NCBI GenBank assembly: GCA_039096225.1
Contig: JBBPEB010000029.1
Location: forward strand, 682,001 to 746,000
Direction of reading: 5' to 3'
Length of the DNA stretch: 64,000 bases
From: Blastocystis sp. Blastoise
Lineage: Eukaryota; Protista; Bigyra: Opalinata
Positions 1 to 17,817 of this stretch are shown here, piece after piece. Under the pieces are notes generated by a model. It searched no databases and was not told where the DNA came from. It was given only the letters and a program-made list of their open reading frames with translations. Made by a program: the position numbers and the translations under genes. Position 1 is the stretch's first letter, and every line of letters begins with the position of its first letter.

Positions 1-29
1 ATTTATTTATTTATTTATTTATATTTTAG

Positions 30-3161
<3,132 letters not shown>

Positions 3162-4236
3162 ACTATTTTAACTTGTATTTAATTATTGTATTATATTATA
3201 TGTATTACTACATATTAGTCGCTCACTTTCCTCCTCATTCCATTATTCTTTCTTTTTATACTATACATATATATATATTTCATTATTTCCCTTCTTAAGC
3301 TATATCTTTATATCTTTTCATACTTATTGTTATTGTTTTTAAATAGTTTATAGATTGATATATTTATAATTCTTGTTTTGTTATGAATACTTCAAATTGT
3401 CTTTAACTTGTTATTGTTGATATTCAATATAATATTATATTCACAATTAAATTGTTTACATATTCAAAACAATTTGATATCTTTTTTATATTTGTAAATA
3501 CTTAATTTTTATAAATAATCTAAATATAAAAAGAGTATAAATAGAAAAGATATGTATGAATCATAACTTATTCTTCTTATTGAGAATTCTTGTATCAATT
3601 AATTTCATACTTTATTTTATACAAATAAATATATATCTCTTTAAAAAAATATTCTCAGAAACAATATTCAATCATTCACAGTTCTTTTCGTTATATCTGA
3701 ATAATATATTTTGTCTAAATATATACAATGAACTATTCATTACACAATTTTTCATAAATATGCACATGAATATGGAATCTAGTGAAATATTTTATTGTTT
3801 TTTCTTATTATTAATTAATTTTTCAAATATGTCTAAATAAATACATAATAACTAACATAGATTTGTATAATTTATTATAAAATGAAAAACAAATATTAAT
3901 AAAGAAAGAAGTATATTCATGTAATATAAGAAAAATGGATCAATAAGCATAAACCCTATTTAAAACAAATGGATTAGGAAAACCTAGTTTTCAATTCTCA
4001 ATATTCTCCATTTAAATCAGTGTACATTGAAATATGATTTCTTGAACTTGATTTGAATCGAATTCTTATTATTTCACAATATATATGCTAAAAGAAAGAA
4101 AAATGAAATGAATTTGATTAATTACTAGAAAAATCAGAAAAACGATTGTGATAAAGAAGATATTAACGGGAAATTAATAAAAAAAGTTTTTTATATAATT
4201 ACTATTTTCGAATAATATTCAATAGATATATTTCAT

Positions 4237-6709
<2,473 letters not shown>

Positions 6710-7918
6710 TTCTGTTACTATTATTATAGTTCTCTTTATTTTATATAAATACCTGTTTCATAATGTGTAATATAAAGGTTTTTATAATATTGTTTTTTTT
6801 TTTTTTTTTTTTTGCTATTTTTATTCTTATTCTTATTCTTATTCTTATTCTTATTTTTTGCATAATAAAACATTCATATGTTAATCAAAACTATTAAATT
6901 ATATATATATATAATGTCATTAGTTGTCTATTAATATTATATTATGAAAATACAATGATATAATAATTTCACTTTAATTATTCAGATTAAAATATATCAA
7001 ACATTATTTTGTTACTAGATAGGCATTTCAAATATATTCCTTGTATTAAAAAAATACATAAGAATTCATACATTTATAAAACCATCAACCAATATGAAGA
7101 AATCGAAATTATTATGTTAATCATATAAATTTTTTATAAATGCAACATAGCTCAAATGCAAAAAATAATAATATTAAATGAATCTAATTTATCAAAAAAT
7201 ATATTCTTTAATGATTTTTTGTTATGATGTGCTAACCGTCTTTATGAATAAATTATCATTTGTTTACTACTTTAAATTCTACTTAGTATCAAACTCAAAT
7301 ACTCTAATACTTTGAAATATTTTATTAATAGAAATTATTATAATCATATCAAGAAGACGAAGAAAACTTGATTGATTGTGTATTTATTTTGAGAATATAT
7401 TAATCTCGAATTATTTGATCAATTTCATATAATTACATCTATTTAGTTTATTAATATCAAATTCAATAAAAAAAACTTATATTGGTGTATTAATTAAGAA
7501 AAAGAATAATAAAATTAGTGCGGTTCAAAAGTTGCAATAAAAGTGCAGCAAGTTGCGATAAAAGTTGCGAAAAAGTTTCGATAAGTTGCGAAAGTTGTGA
7601 AACCTGTGACACTTTTTAAATATTTTTTTTTTTTATAAACAAAACAAATTTTTAATAAAGAAAACATAAATAAAACATATAAAAAAACAAATTATGAATT
7701 AATTAAGAAAAATATTAATCAAGATTGATCTCTGAATGATTACTAAAAGTAGATAAATTATCAAAAGAAATTGATAAAATATCATCAAGAGAATCAGATA
7801 AAACACTATTTGAAATGAAATTAGAAATATAATCGTTATTTTCATTTCATTTGTTATTAATTCATTATCATCTATAATTGTCATTGAAGAATCATCGATT
7901 GTAGTATCTATTTCATCT

Positions 7919-9117
7919 TCAATAAATTGAATTATTTTGAATTGAAATAGTATCTGTTTGTGGATTCATATAAAAAAATAAATCTCTAAACAAATTATCA
8001 TCAGAATAACAAAATTTCTTCTTTGTAAATAAAATATTCATAAAAGAGAAAGATCTTTCTACACTAACAGTAGTAGAAGGTAATTGAAGAATGAAAGGAA
8101 TTATTTTAGAAATAGAAGGAATTTGTTTAAGAAGAGGAAAATAGAATTTTATCATTTGTTCTTTACTTATCATATTTTGAGGAAAACATTCATTTTATTT
8201 CTTCTCATTATCTATAAAATCTTTCATTTTTGAAACACATAATAAATAATCTTTCTTTTCAATATTTGAAAATTCAGAAGATGTGAAAGAAGGAAATGAA
8301 GAAGACATTAAGAAAGGATTAAAATATTTTACTTCATTATAAAATATCATTTGTTTCTTATTCATTGTTTTGATTTTTTTCAATTTTAATAATGTATTCG
8401 TAAAACCTATATAATATAATATAAAATAATAATAATAATAAATATACTTTTCTTATATTCTTGAATAAATGAAGATTGAACATTTGATAAATTATTTTCT
8501 TCACATATTTCATTCACTATCATAATTATATTATCTTTTGAATTCTTCAATTCTTCTTCAATCTCATCTATCAAACTAGAAACATTACAACATTGAAAAT
8601 TATCATTTGATAATAATTTTAATATTTCTTCAAACATTATTCCACTCTTCAAAAGTTGCGACATTTCGATATGTAAAGAAGAAGATAATTGATTATCTTG
8701 AAGAATATTCAATATTTCTTTTTCTTTTTCACTTAACATATCCAATGTTTCTAAATATTCATAGAATGATTTCAAATATTTAAAATGTTTCAAAATATAT
8801 CTTAATGATTTATACCAAGATATCCATCGTGTTTCAACATAAGAAAAGAAAGAAGAAGAAGGAAGATTATTTATCTTTAAAAAGGATAACCATAAATCAT
8901 TTTTCTTTCTAAAGAAACGAAATGATGAATTAATAAGATTAATAAATGATTTAGTATTAATAAAACCATCTTTTAGTTTCTCAGCTACTAGATTAATCAT
9001 ATGCATAAAACATCCACAATAAATTCCATCACTAAAAATCGATTCATAATTATTACCAGCATTTCGCATAGTATTACAGTTATCAGTGTGAAACGATTTG
9101 AATTGTTTTCTTTTAAT
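7919..9117 (-). pseudogene. hAT transposase, 5'-truncated, with an in-frame TAA and one GT-AG intron
   Basis: Motifs HTDN..M..A, CFMHMINL (CxxH), TRWISW and PSTTVSVERSFS (hAT dimerisation domain). In-frame TAA at 8195-8197 followed by same-frame continuation. Frame is cut by the TIR at 9118. Confidence 0.85.
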
Positions 9118-10391
9118 TAGAGCGGTTCAAAAGTTGCGACAAATCGAGTTGCGACAAATTTCACAACTTGTCGCAACTTGTCGCAATTTGTCGCAACTTT
9201 TTTAACCAAGAATAATGGCGAGAGTACCGTGATTATTTTATTAATTTGGCAATTAAAAAAGGCTTGTTTAAAAAATGAATTCAGTGTCGCAATTTGTCAC
9301 AACTTTGTCACAACTTTTCATTTAAACATATATTCAATTAATATTTTATATAAGAGAGTATTTCATTATAAGAATTAAGTATCGGCAAATATATATACCA
9401 AATTTCATTTTATAAAAATGAAATAATCATATGAAATGAATTAAAGAAAGAATTCAAAATATCTTGAATAATTTTTTTACAGTCAAAAATTTGATTTATT
9501 TACGGGATAAAACTATTTTTGACTCATTTTTGAAGTTCATTTTTTAATGACAATTCAAATGAATTTCAATTTTATTTTCTACTAATTATTTAATTATATT
9601 CAATTAAAATTATTATATTTATCATTCATAGTATTTAATAATGTGAATGATTTCATGAATTGATTGATTTTAAGCCATTTTGAACTGAATTTATTTTTAT
9701 CAGCTCATCTTGTCATCTAATTAAGAATAATATATTTATAATTGACTATTAATTATCATATAGATACATATTTACATCATAATGATTCATTATATGATGC
9801 TTAATGAAGAATGTTGAAAATTGAATTTTGATGAAATGAAATTATTTGAATATATATGTTATCATTAGCTCATTATTAGCTCATTATGAAGAAATGAATC
9901 ATTTTTTAAATATATTATGCTTAATGAGCTCATTTTATCTTCAATGAAGCTTTTATGACATTCAATTCTTCGCTTTTTATATTTAATAACATTATTTTGA
10001 TAGTATAAAAATAATATAATATTTTAAAAATCGTTAAAAGAATTAAAAAATGATTAAAATAACGATATTTATCTAATGAATTTTTCTTATGAATTTCAAA
10101 AATTTCAATTTTTAGTGTTTAAAACGCTTATTTTAGGTATTAAACTTATTTTTAATTCATTTAAAAATTATTTATATAATCATCATGTAAATCTCTCTAT
10201 AATTATATATATAAATTTATTATATAATAAATATATGGCTTACAAATGAGATATAAAAAGTGTCGCAACTTGTCGCAACTTGTCGCAACTTTGTCGCAAC
10301 TTGTCACAACTTTGTCGCAACTTGTCGCAACTTTTTCGCAACTTTTGTCGCAACTTGTCACAACTTTTGTCGCAACTTTTGAACCGCTCTA
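9118..10391. mobile_element. Non-autonomous hAT element (~1.27 kb) with 26-bp perfect TIRs
   Basis: TAGAGCGGTTCAAAAGTTGCGACAAA at 9118-9143 and its reverse complement at 10366-10391. No credible internal ORF. The 8-bp flanks (cttttaat / atatttat) are not an exact TSD. Confidence 0.8.
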
Positions 10392-10611
10392 ATATTTATC
10401 ATAAAGATTAAGAATTGTCAATAAAAAATACGAAAAGCGTGTTTAAATTACTTCTATTAGAGTTAAAACAAATATAAAAGCAGATAAATATTTGCTATAT
10501 AATGGAAAAGGAAAGTTTACAATATTAAAAAATTGTTTATAGCAAAAGTATCCTATGAGAAAATTTTGCTTTTCTCTAGACAAAAAGAAATGTTGATAGA
10601 TGGAAACTATC

Positions 10612-10857
10612 GTCGTGAGACACTTTGTTCTTTTCTTACCCTCATGATTGTTCATTTCATATATTATGCAGTGAATTCGTCTAAAGCATCACACTATAAC
10701 AGAGTCCGCTACGAATAGCATAGTGGGGTACAAGACTCCCAGAAGAGCCATTTTTAGGGTACTTCTAGCGGCTCGAGGTGTATGATAAGAACCTTCTAGG
10801 ATAGAAACTTTACCCTGGGTAGCCTTATGGCAAACCTACCACTATACCCATTTTTTT
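10612..10857 (+). ncRNA. Candidate telomerase RNA (template CUUACCCU)
   Basis: Enclosing helix 10622-10629/10698-10705, template 10635-10642, H-type pseudoknot 10650-10689, 3' three-way junction 10720-10845, T7 tract 10851-10857. Folded by eye; 5' end uncertain. Confidence 0.6.
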
Positions 10858-11186
10858 CTTTTAAATTTATATATTCGATAGGCTATTTTCACTTTCTAGT
10901 CCAATCAAGTTGACTATAGCAAAATGTCTTATGATGGATAAAGAAACTCCAAGAGATTTTGTTCTTTTCAAATCATAAAAATGTGTTTAATAGCAATGTT
11001 ATGTGTGACTTATTATTATCCTTATTGTCATTACTTAAGGATATATGAATAATATTTATAAAATGAATAAAGTATCATTCTATAAATTATAGATAAGATA
11101 TAATTTGTTAATTAAACTTTACAAAAATATTAAAAGAAAAACACAACAAAATTATAGAGAAATAAAAGATCAATTTTAAAAATGGA

Positions 11187-13329
11187 AATATCTACAATTA
11201 ACGCGTTTTTGTCTCGATTATGACGCGTTTTTGGTTATTTTTATTTTTTATATATCTTCTCATAAAGAAGGTTTTCTCTTAAGATATATAGCATTTCTTT
11301 TAATAAAGCCATTATATAGAAAATATTTACTATTTTTGATATTAATAAGACATAATGATTATCGACCAGACACATTAATTTATAAATATACTATGCCAAT
11401 CGTATTTTAGTCAATATTAAATTATTTGTTGGATAGTTAGAAGTGACTTTTAAGCTTCTTTAACACAATAAATGTAGCAATTGTTGCCTTATGTAGCTTA
11501 TTTTACATATCTAGCTTATTTAATTTGATTATTTTGTCATAATATCTAACTGTATATATAAATAAAGTCTTTTCTATGTAAAGTTAAACATTATTACAAA
11601 CACGATTAACTAGTAAATTTGCTTAGAAAAGCATTCAATATTCAGAATATATATATCATTTTACTTATTATGCTTACCTGATAATGAATTAAACAAGAAT
11701 AGGTGTTTTAAAAGTGTCATTTCATGTATAGACTCTAATAAAGAAATTACTACTAAATATTTTATAAAAATGTTGTATTACAATTCTATTAGTAATTTTG
11801 CTTTTTATGGCTTAAAAACATTAGCAAACTCATAAACTACGTATATAAGACATATAAATATATTTATAACTCAGTATTATGTTTTGGTGACGGTATTTAA
11901 TTTAAAAAAAGAAATATCTATGAAATGTTCTATATATAAAACATTGATTAGTATACAAGTACGAAATATGTTTAATTTTGCTTTCCCGTTTTTTTATTTT
12001 TGTTTATTCTCTCACACTTTAATAAATTATGTAAATAGTACTACGTGATATGTATTAATATAATAGTAATAAATAAAATAAATTATAAAATAAAAATTAT
12101 TTCTTTAAATAACTATTATTTCAATATATTAAATAATATCATAAGAATTTTTATATTTAAAGATATGTATTTAATGAATTGTGAACATAAATGTGAATTA
12201 TAAAGATAAAAACTGGCAACTATAACAACTAAAATAAAAACAAATAAATATAATAAGTAATAAATATTTAAAATATTCTTTTACGTTCTTTTAAATAAAA
12301 GATCATTTTTATAATCAATTTCACTTGTAATAAATATATAAGCATCTTTAGAATAATTATTAACTTGATTTTATTTAAATAATAGAAAAATAACATTAAA
12401 ATTTTTTTCTTATTATGTTATAAGTATAAAAGTGTGACACTAATTTCTTTTATATATAGAAACCATATATTTACCATATAAGATAGAAAAAGTATTTGTA
12501 ATTATTTTTTATTGTTTATTATAATTCAGAAGTTCACAATTTATACATATTTATATATATATATTTCAAAAATTAATTCTGATATATACATATACTATTA
12601 TATATATACCTATATAAGTTCTATAACAATATTTTTCTTAAATAGATATTTTACATTTTTAATATCATGAAAATAAATTAGAATACTATTTCAATAAGAT
12701 ACAGCTATTTATTTATCTTCAACTTCTCATTTTGACCATTTATTACATGATCAACTAGATTTTACTATTAAAAAATGGTTTATGTTATTTTTCTTTCTAT
12801 AATTATTTTTATCATTTATTTTTAATGCCACTATTATATAACATATATTATTAAGCTGTTAAGATATACAGAAGAAAGCAAATCGCTTAAAATGGAAAAT
12901 AATCAATGCAATCATGTATTAGAAAACATCATTAAAACTCCTTTTTTCTTTATATAACATCATTTTAGCATCAATGAATTTTTTCTATCAATTCTAATAT
13001 GTAAGAAATTGTCAATCTTAACAACATTATGAGTTATCATTCTTTTCTAATTAATCTATGTTTCAGATTTCTTATTTTTATTATTTTATTTATCTTTTTA
13101 AGCACGAAAAATGTTTTATAAACAATAAAAATTATAACATTAAGAATTCAACAAAAGACATCAAAGATGTTCTTCGTTATATTTAAGTACAATAAGAGTG
13201 GTGAACTCTGTAGAAAGTATACATAAAATATTTAACATTATATAACCATATGTTGCCTTAAAATAGTGAAAAAAAGTTATACCAAAAACGCGTCATAATC
13301 GAGACAAAAACGCGTTAATTGTAGATATT
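11187..13329. repeat. 49-bp perfect inverted repeat flanking ~2.05 kb of non-coding DNA (possible MITE or duplicated promoter)
   Basis: AATATCTACAATTAACGCGTTTTTGTCTCGATTATGACGCGTTTTTGGT at 11187-11235 and its reverse complement at 13281-13329. Confidence 0.85.
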
Positions 13330-13398
13330 AAAAAAAAAAAAATCTTCATTTTATTTTTTTCGCATAAAATTATTTTAATAAAGAAAAATAAATAAGAA

Positions 13399-14668
13399 AT
13401 GTGTGATACTGTTGTTGTTATTGGTGCTACGGGACTTTTAGGCAGAGAGGTATATGATCAACTGAAGCAATCCAATAAATTTGATAAAGTGATAGGCACT
13501 GGATATAGTCGAAAAAATACGGATATTATTCAGTTAGATTCAACAAATCGGGAAGAATTGAATAATTTTGTGGTTAAAACTAAGCCAACTGTGATAATAA
13601 ATTGTGCTGCAAATCGTTATGTTGATAAAATAGAAAAAGATTATGCAAAAGCTCATCGATTGAATGTTGAAAGTGTTCAATATTTGAATGAAATATGTAA
13701 GAAAGAGAATATATATCTTGTTCATGTCAGTACTGATTATGTTTTTGATGGTATTAATCCTCCTTATTACGTGAATAGTAAGCCAAATCCATTGAATAGT
13801 GTATTTATATATGATATTAATTATAAACAATTGATTAATATAATAAAATTATTTTTTTAATAGTATGGTAAATTGAAATTAGAGAGTGAAACTGCTTGTT
13901 TGAAATCTGCATATGATTCGACAGTGGTTCGTGTTCCTATTTTATATGGACCAACTTCTTGTCTCTCGGAGAGTTCTGTAACGTCTTTATATGAGTCTAT
14001 ACAGCAGAAGAGTTGTAGTATCGATCACATAGCTATTCGATATCCTACCTTCACTACAGATGTTGCGCGATTTATGGTTTATTTATTAACTATCTATAGA
14101 CATAACAATGAATATAAGGGTATTATTCATTTCTCAGCTAATGTATATACTGTTTACTCGTTAGTATTATATAATAATAATAATAATATACTCTATGAGT
14201 ATACCTGATGGTATGTTATATAGGAACCTTTCACGAAGTATGAGATGTGCTTGACCATGTGTAAATTATTGAAGAGAGATTCAAGTAATATACATGTATA
14301 CTTTATATATATCAATATTATATTATTAAAGGTTAAACTTTTATGTTTATTCCTATACATATGTATCCTTATAAATGAAGAAATAATAAAAGAAATATAT
14401 ATATATATTTTCTTTATAGCCTAATACAAAGGAGACTATAGGTGCTCAGAGACCTAAAGACTGTCATTTAATATGTAATCATATTGTTGATGACCAGCCT
14501 TTCTCATTTACATATCCTTTTTGTATATAAAGAAATTCATTTTTTTGTAATGATTATTCATTTTTTCTTATATATATTATATATATATACATATGATTTC
14601 TTTAATTGCGATTTACATCATTTGAAGAAGGATTATCCATAATCTTCAAGCAAAATCATATTTTATAA
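13399..14668 (+). CDS. MAT2B / dTDP-4-dehydrorhamnose reductase (RmlD)-like SDR protein
   Basis: GATGLLG, INCAA, STDYVFDG, YGKLK, VRVPILYG and GAQRP motifs. Three GT-AG introns plus one U12 AT-AC intron (14512-14616). Confidence 0.85.
14512..14616 (+). other. U12-type AT-AC intron (MAT2B-like gene)
   Basis: 5' ATATCCTTT, branch TTTCTTTAAT close to 3' TTTAC. Removal gives PFSFT|SFEEGL. Confidence 0.8.
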
Positions 14669-14802
14669 ACATTCTGCTGGTCTAAAAAAGCCTTAAATCA
14701 CAAGTATTTACATTGTGTTTTTTTTTTTAAAATTTTTGTTTTGTTAATAATCAATTTAAATTGCTTTGAAAATTATTGTAAATAATCAGACAAACTTTGT
14801 AA

Positions 14803-15301
14803 ATGGATATATTTGCACAAAAAGGGTTATCGATAAACTTGAATTGCATCTTCGAGCCATTAATAGTAATTTCATCGTTTTTATTATTGAATATGCTTAT
14901 AAGGGATCAAATATATTGATAGAAATGAAAAATGATGTTATTATAGAGGGTGAATTAGTGAGTTGTTTGCCTAATTCTTCGTATATTATTACTAGATTAT
15001 TCTTATTCGTATTTAATTCGTATTTATATATAGAATGGAGTTAAAGAATGCAAAATGGTCTCGATTTTCAGTATTTTATTTTTAACAATTGCTTTACAGA
15101 ATTAATTTGAATTAGAATCAATCAGACGTTTTTCAAGAGTTAGAATATTGTTCAATTAAAGGGACTATGATTCGATATGTTCATTTACCATCTTCATATG
15201 ATGCAGAAAAGTCTCTTATTCAAATTAGTAAACAACAAGAATTAAAGACTCTTCGTACAAAGCGAAGGTACCGAAAAGCACCAAAGAGACCATTTCAATA
15301 A
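14803..15301 (+). CDS. Sm/Lsm-fold protein, most like Lsm10 (Lsm2/SmD1 family)
   Basis: Spliced product MDIFAQKGLSINLNCIFEPLIGSNILIEMKNDVIIEGEL...IKGTMIRYVHLP with a basic C-terminal tail. Three GT-AG introns. Confidence 0.7.
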
Positions 15302-16020
15302 TGTTGTCTATTTCTATATCAATTATCTTCTTCTCTTTAATTTGCATTTATTATCGTTTAAGAGGAAAATCAAATAATTTTAATATTTAAATAACTATAA
15401 AATAGTGATATTTTTTATAACAATATGTTTGTTGTAGTTTCTTATATATATTATAATTATATGATTATATAAAAAATAGTAGGATAAGAATGTGTTGAAC
15501 ATGAACAATCATGAAAATAAATATAATTTAATAATATAAGCACAAATGAGAATAGTTTTTGAATCTTGATAAAAAACCAATTTATTTTGTTGTAATTGAT
15601 TTAATTTAGATTTCTAGTATGAATTATTATGTTTCAAATACATATTTGAGTAAAAAAAATGAATAATATGATGAATATACATAAATAAATTCACTAATTT
15701 GGCGTTTATTTATTGCGTTCCATAATGTTGATGATAAAAATATGACTTATATATAAGGAAATGAAATGAATCGAAATAAAAATAGCTACAAAGAAAAGAT
15801 CTGAATCCTTGCGATTCTCCCTTTTCTTTAAGATAAAAATAGAGAAAAATCAGGATTGATGCCTTCTTGTGGGGTAAACAAGAAAGTGTTTCGTGATTCA
15901 TATATTTTATGATAAACATGTAGTCCTTTCAATAGTTCAAATCATTACACAAAAAAAGTCTCTCTTTCTTTACTCTAATAGTATTATCTATCATTTTGAA
16001 TTGTATTTATATTATTCTTA

Positions 16021-16963
16021 ATGCTTTCGTCTCTCCGTGCATCAACATCTCTTTTATCAAAATCTCTTCAATGTCGTACGTTTTTATAAAGTTAATCATG
16101 CCTTTTATTTCTTTTTATTATTATTTATAGCTGCTATAAGAGCTATTTCTTGGACCAGCCAAGCTCCTGAAGATCTGTAAGTTGATATAAATTATTATTA
16201 TTATTTTTTTCAATGTAGTATTGATATTACTTTTGTTTCTCCAAAAGGTGAACGTACTGCTGTGAAAGGCCGTATTGGTGATACTATCTTAGAAGTTGCC
16301 AGAAAATATAATTATCCTTTAAATGGTATTTTAGTGTTTATTTTTTTTTAAAATCATTTTTCTAGTGATTGTTTTCTATATTTTTATTTAATATTGATAA
16401 TATTATTAATTAAATGAAAAAGTCTTTAATAGTAAATTGTTTCTTTTCTCTATTTTCTTGATATATAATAATATATTTTTTTTTGTTGATTTATGTTTAT
16501 GTTTTATCTGATGATTTTCTTCTTATATATATATATATATGTTTATAGGTGATTGTAACGGAGGTGGTCTTCCTATTAATCAACAACGTACTTGTAACTG
16601 GAAGGAATCTACTTTTGGAGAAGGTCCTGTTTGTTGTAATTGTCATGTAGTTATTTCTAATGAATTTAAGAATATCATTCCTGCACCTAAACCTGAAGAA
16701 CAAGTTCAAATTGATAGAATCATTTTAGAGAAACACGAAAATTCCAGATTAGGTTGTCAAATTACTCTTACAAAAGAATTAAATGGAATGAATGTTTTAG
16801 TATATATAATAAATATATAATAAATATATAATACATATATAATAATAATACATATAATACATATAATACATATATAATGATAATAAATATATATATAAAA
16901 TTTATAATAATAAATAATTTATTTCTACAGGTACCTCATTGTGTTCCTACTAAAATCTGCTAA
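16021..16963 (+). CDS. Organellar adrenodoxin-type [2Fe-2S] ferredoxin with an insertion in the cluster loop
   Basis: MLSSLRAS presequence; GDCNGGG...FGEGPVCCNCHV and SRLGCQI motifs. Four GT-AG introns. Confidence 0.85.
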
Positions 16964-17817
16964 ACAATTTATTATACTTAATCACATATATATACAAAAA
17001 CATAAATAGTATTATTATCATTTTTAAAAAATATTTTTACTAATTCAAATTTTACTTATAATTTTTTTTTTCATTTTTCATACGATTTTTTGTTTATATT
17101 TATGAATCCATTTTCATAATTTTAAATGTTATGAATAGTAATGTATTTCAGAAACGTAGAAACTCTCTATATAAACAAATGTGAAATGTTAGCAATATTA
17201 TAGAACATAGCTGCTTTTTGATGCTATTTAAAATGAATACTTATTACTTTTTTTGGATGTCAACATTATTCTAGTTATATATTTGTTTTAAATAAATACT
17301 AGATATATGATTGATTCATATATTATTAACTTATAATAATATGTTTCTATTTTTACATAGCGTTTTTCAAATTTGAAAAAGTGTAATTTGTATGAATAAG
17401 AAAAAAAATTGAATTCTAAAAGAATTTGATGATTGAGTAATACTGTTTTTCAGTTAATTAATAATAATTGACGATGAAGATATCATATTATTTATATAAT
17501 TCTCAATACGTATATCTACTAGTATTAATGAACAAAACATAAGAGGAAATTGTTTAATAATTTATAACAGTCAAAAAAAATATGAATAAAAAAAAAAACA
17601 AATAATAACAAATACAGATTGAAAAGAAAAAGAAAAACAAATAATGGAAATATAATGAATATCATATTTAACGATAAAAAGAAATAAAAATAAATAGTAT
17701 TTTCACAGAGTGTAATATAGAATAATGTAGAACTAAAGAGATGTGTAAGTATATAAATCCATTTATTATACAAAGAAATCAATATATATGTATATATATA
17801 TCTATCATTCTGTTACA

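Larger units (their letters stand above)
7516..10391. mobile_element. Nested hAT-superfamily DNA transposon locus (truncated autonomous copy plus non-autonomous copy)
   Basis: Three TIR-like ends TAG(A/T)GCGGTTCAAAAGTTGC at 7516 (+), 9118 (+) and ending at 10391 (-). Subterminal TTGTCGCAAC arrays. Transposase remnant lies between the first two ends. Confidence 0.85.

Noticed and set aside
8195-8197. In-frame TAA in the transposase as stop-codon reassignment or readthrough
   Set aside because: TAA terminates most host genes here and the element is truncated. It is a simple nonsense mutation.
10261-10380. TTGTCGCAAC array as a CRISPR or telomeric repeat
   Set aside because: No spacers. It abuts a TIR and recurs at the other element ends, so it is a hAT subterminal repeat.
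10680-10850. Minus-strand reading of the structured island (TACCCTA as a TAGGG template), or tRNA/snRNA/SRP identity
   Set aside because: That template would be paired with AGGGTA, and there is no oligo-T end on the minus strand. No tRNA B box, Sm site context or SRP helix-8 motif was found.
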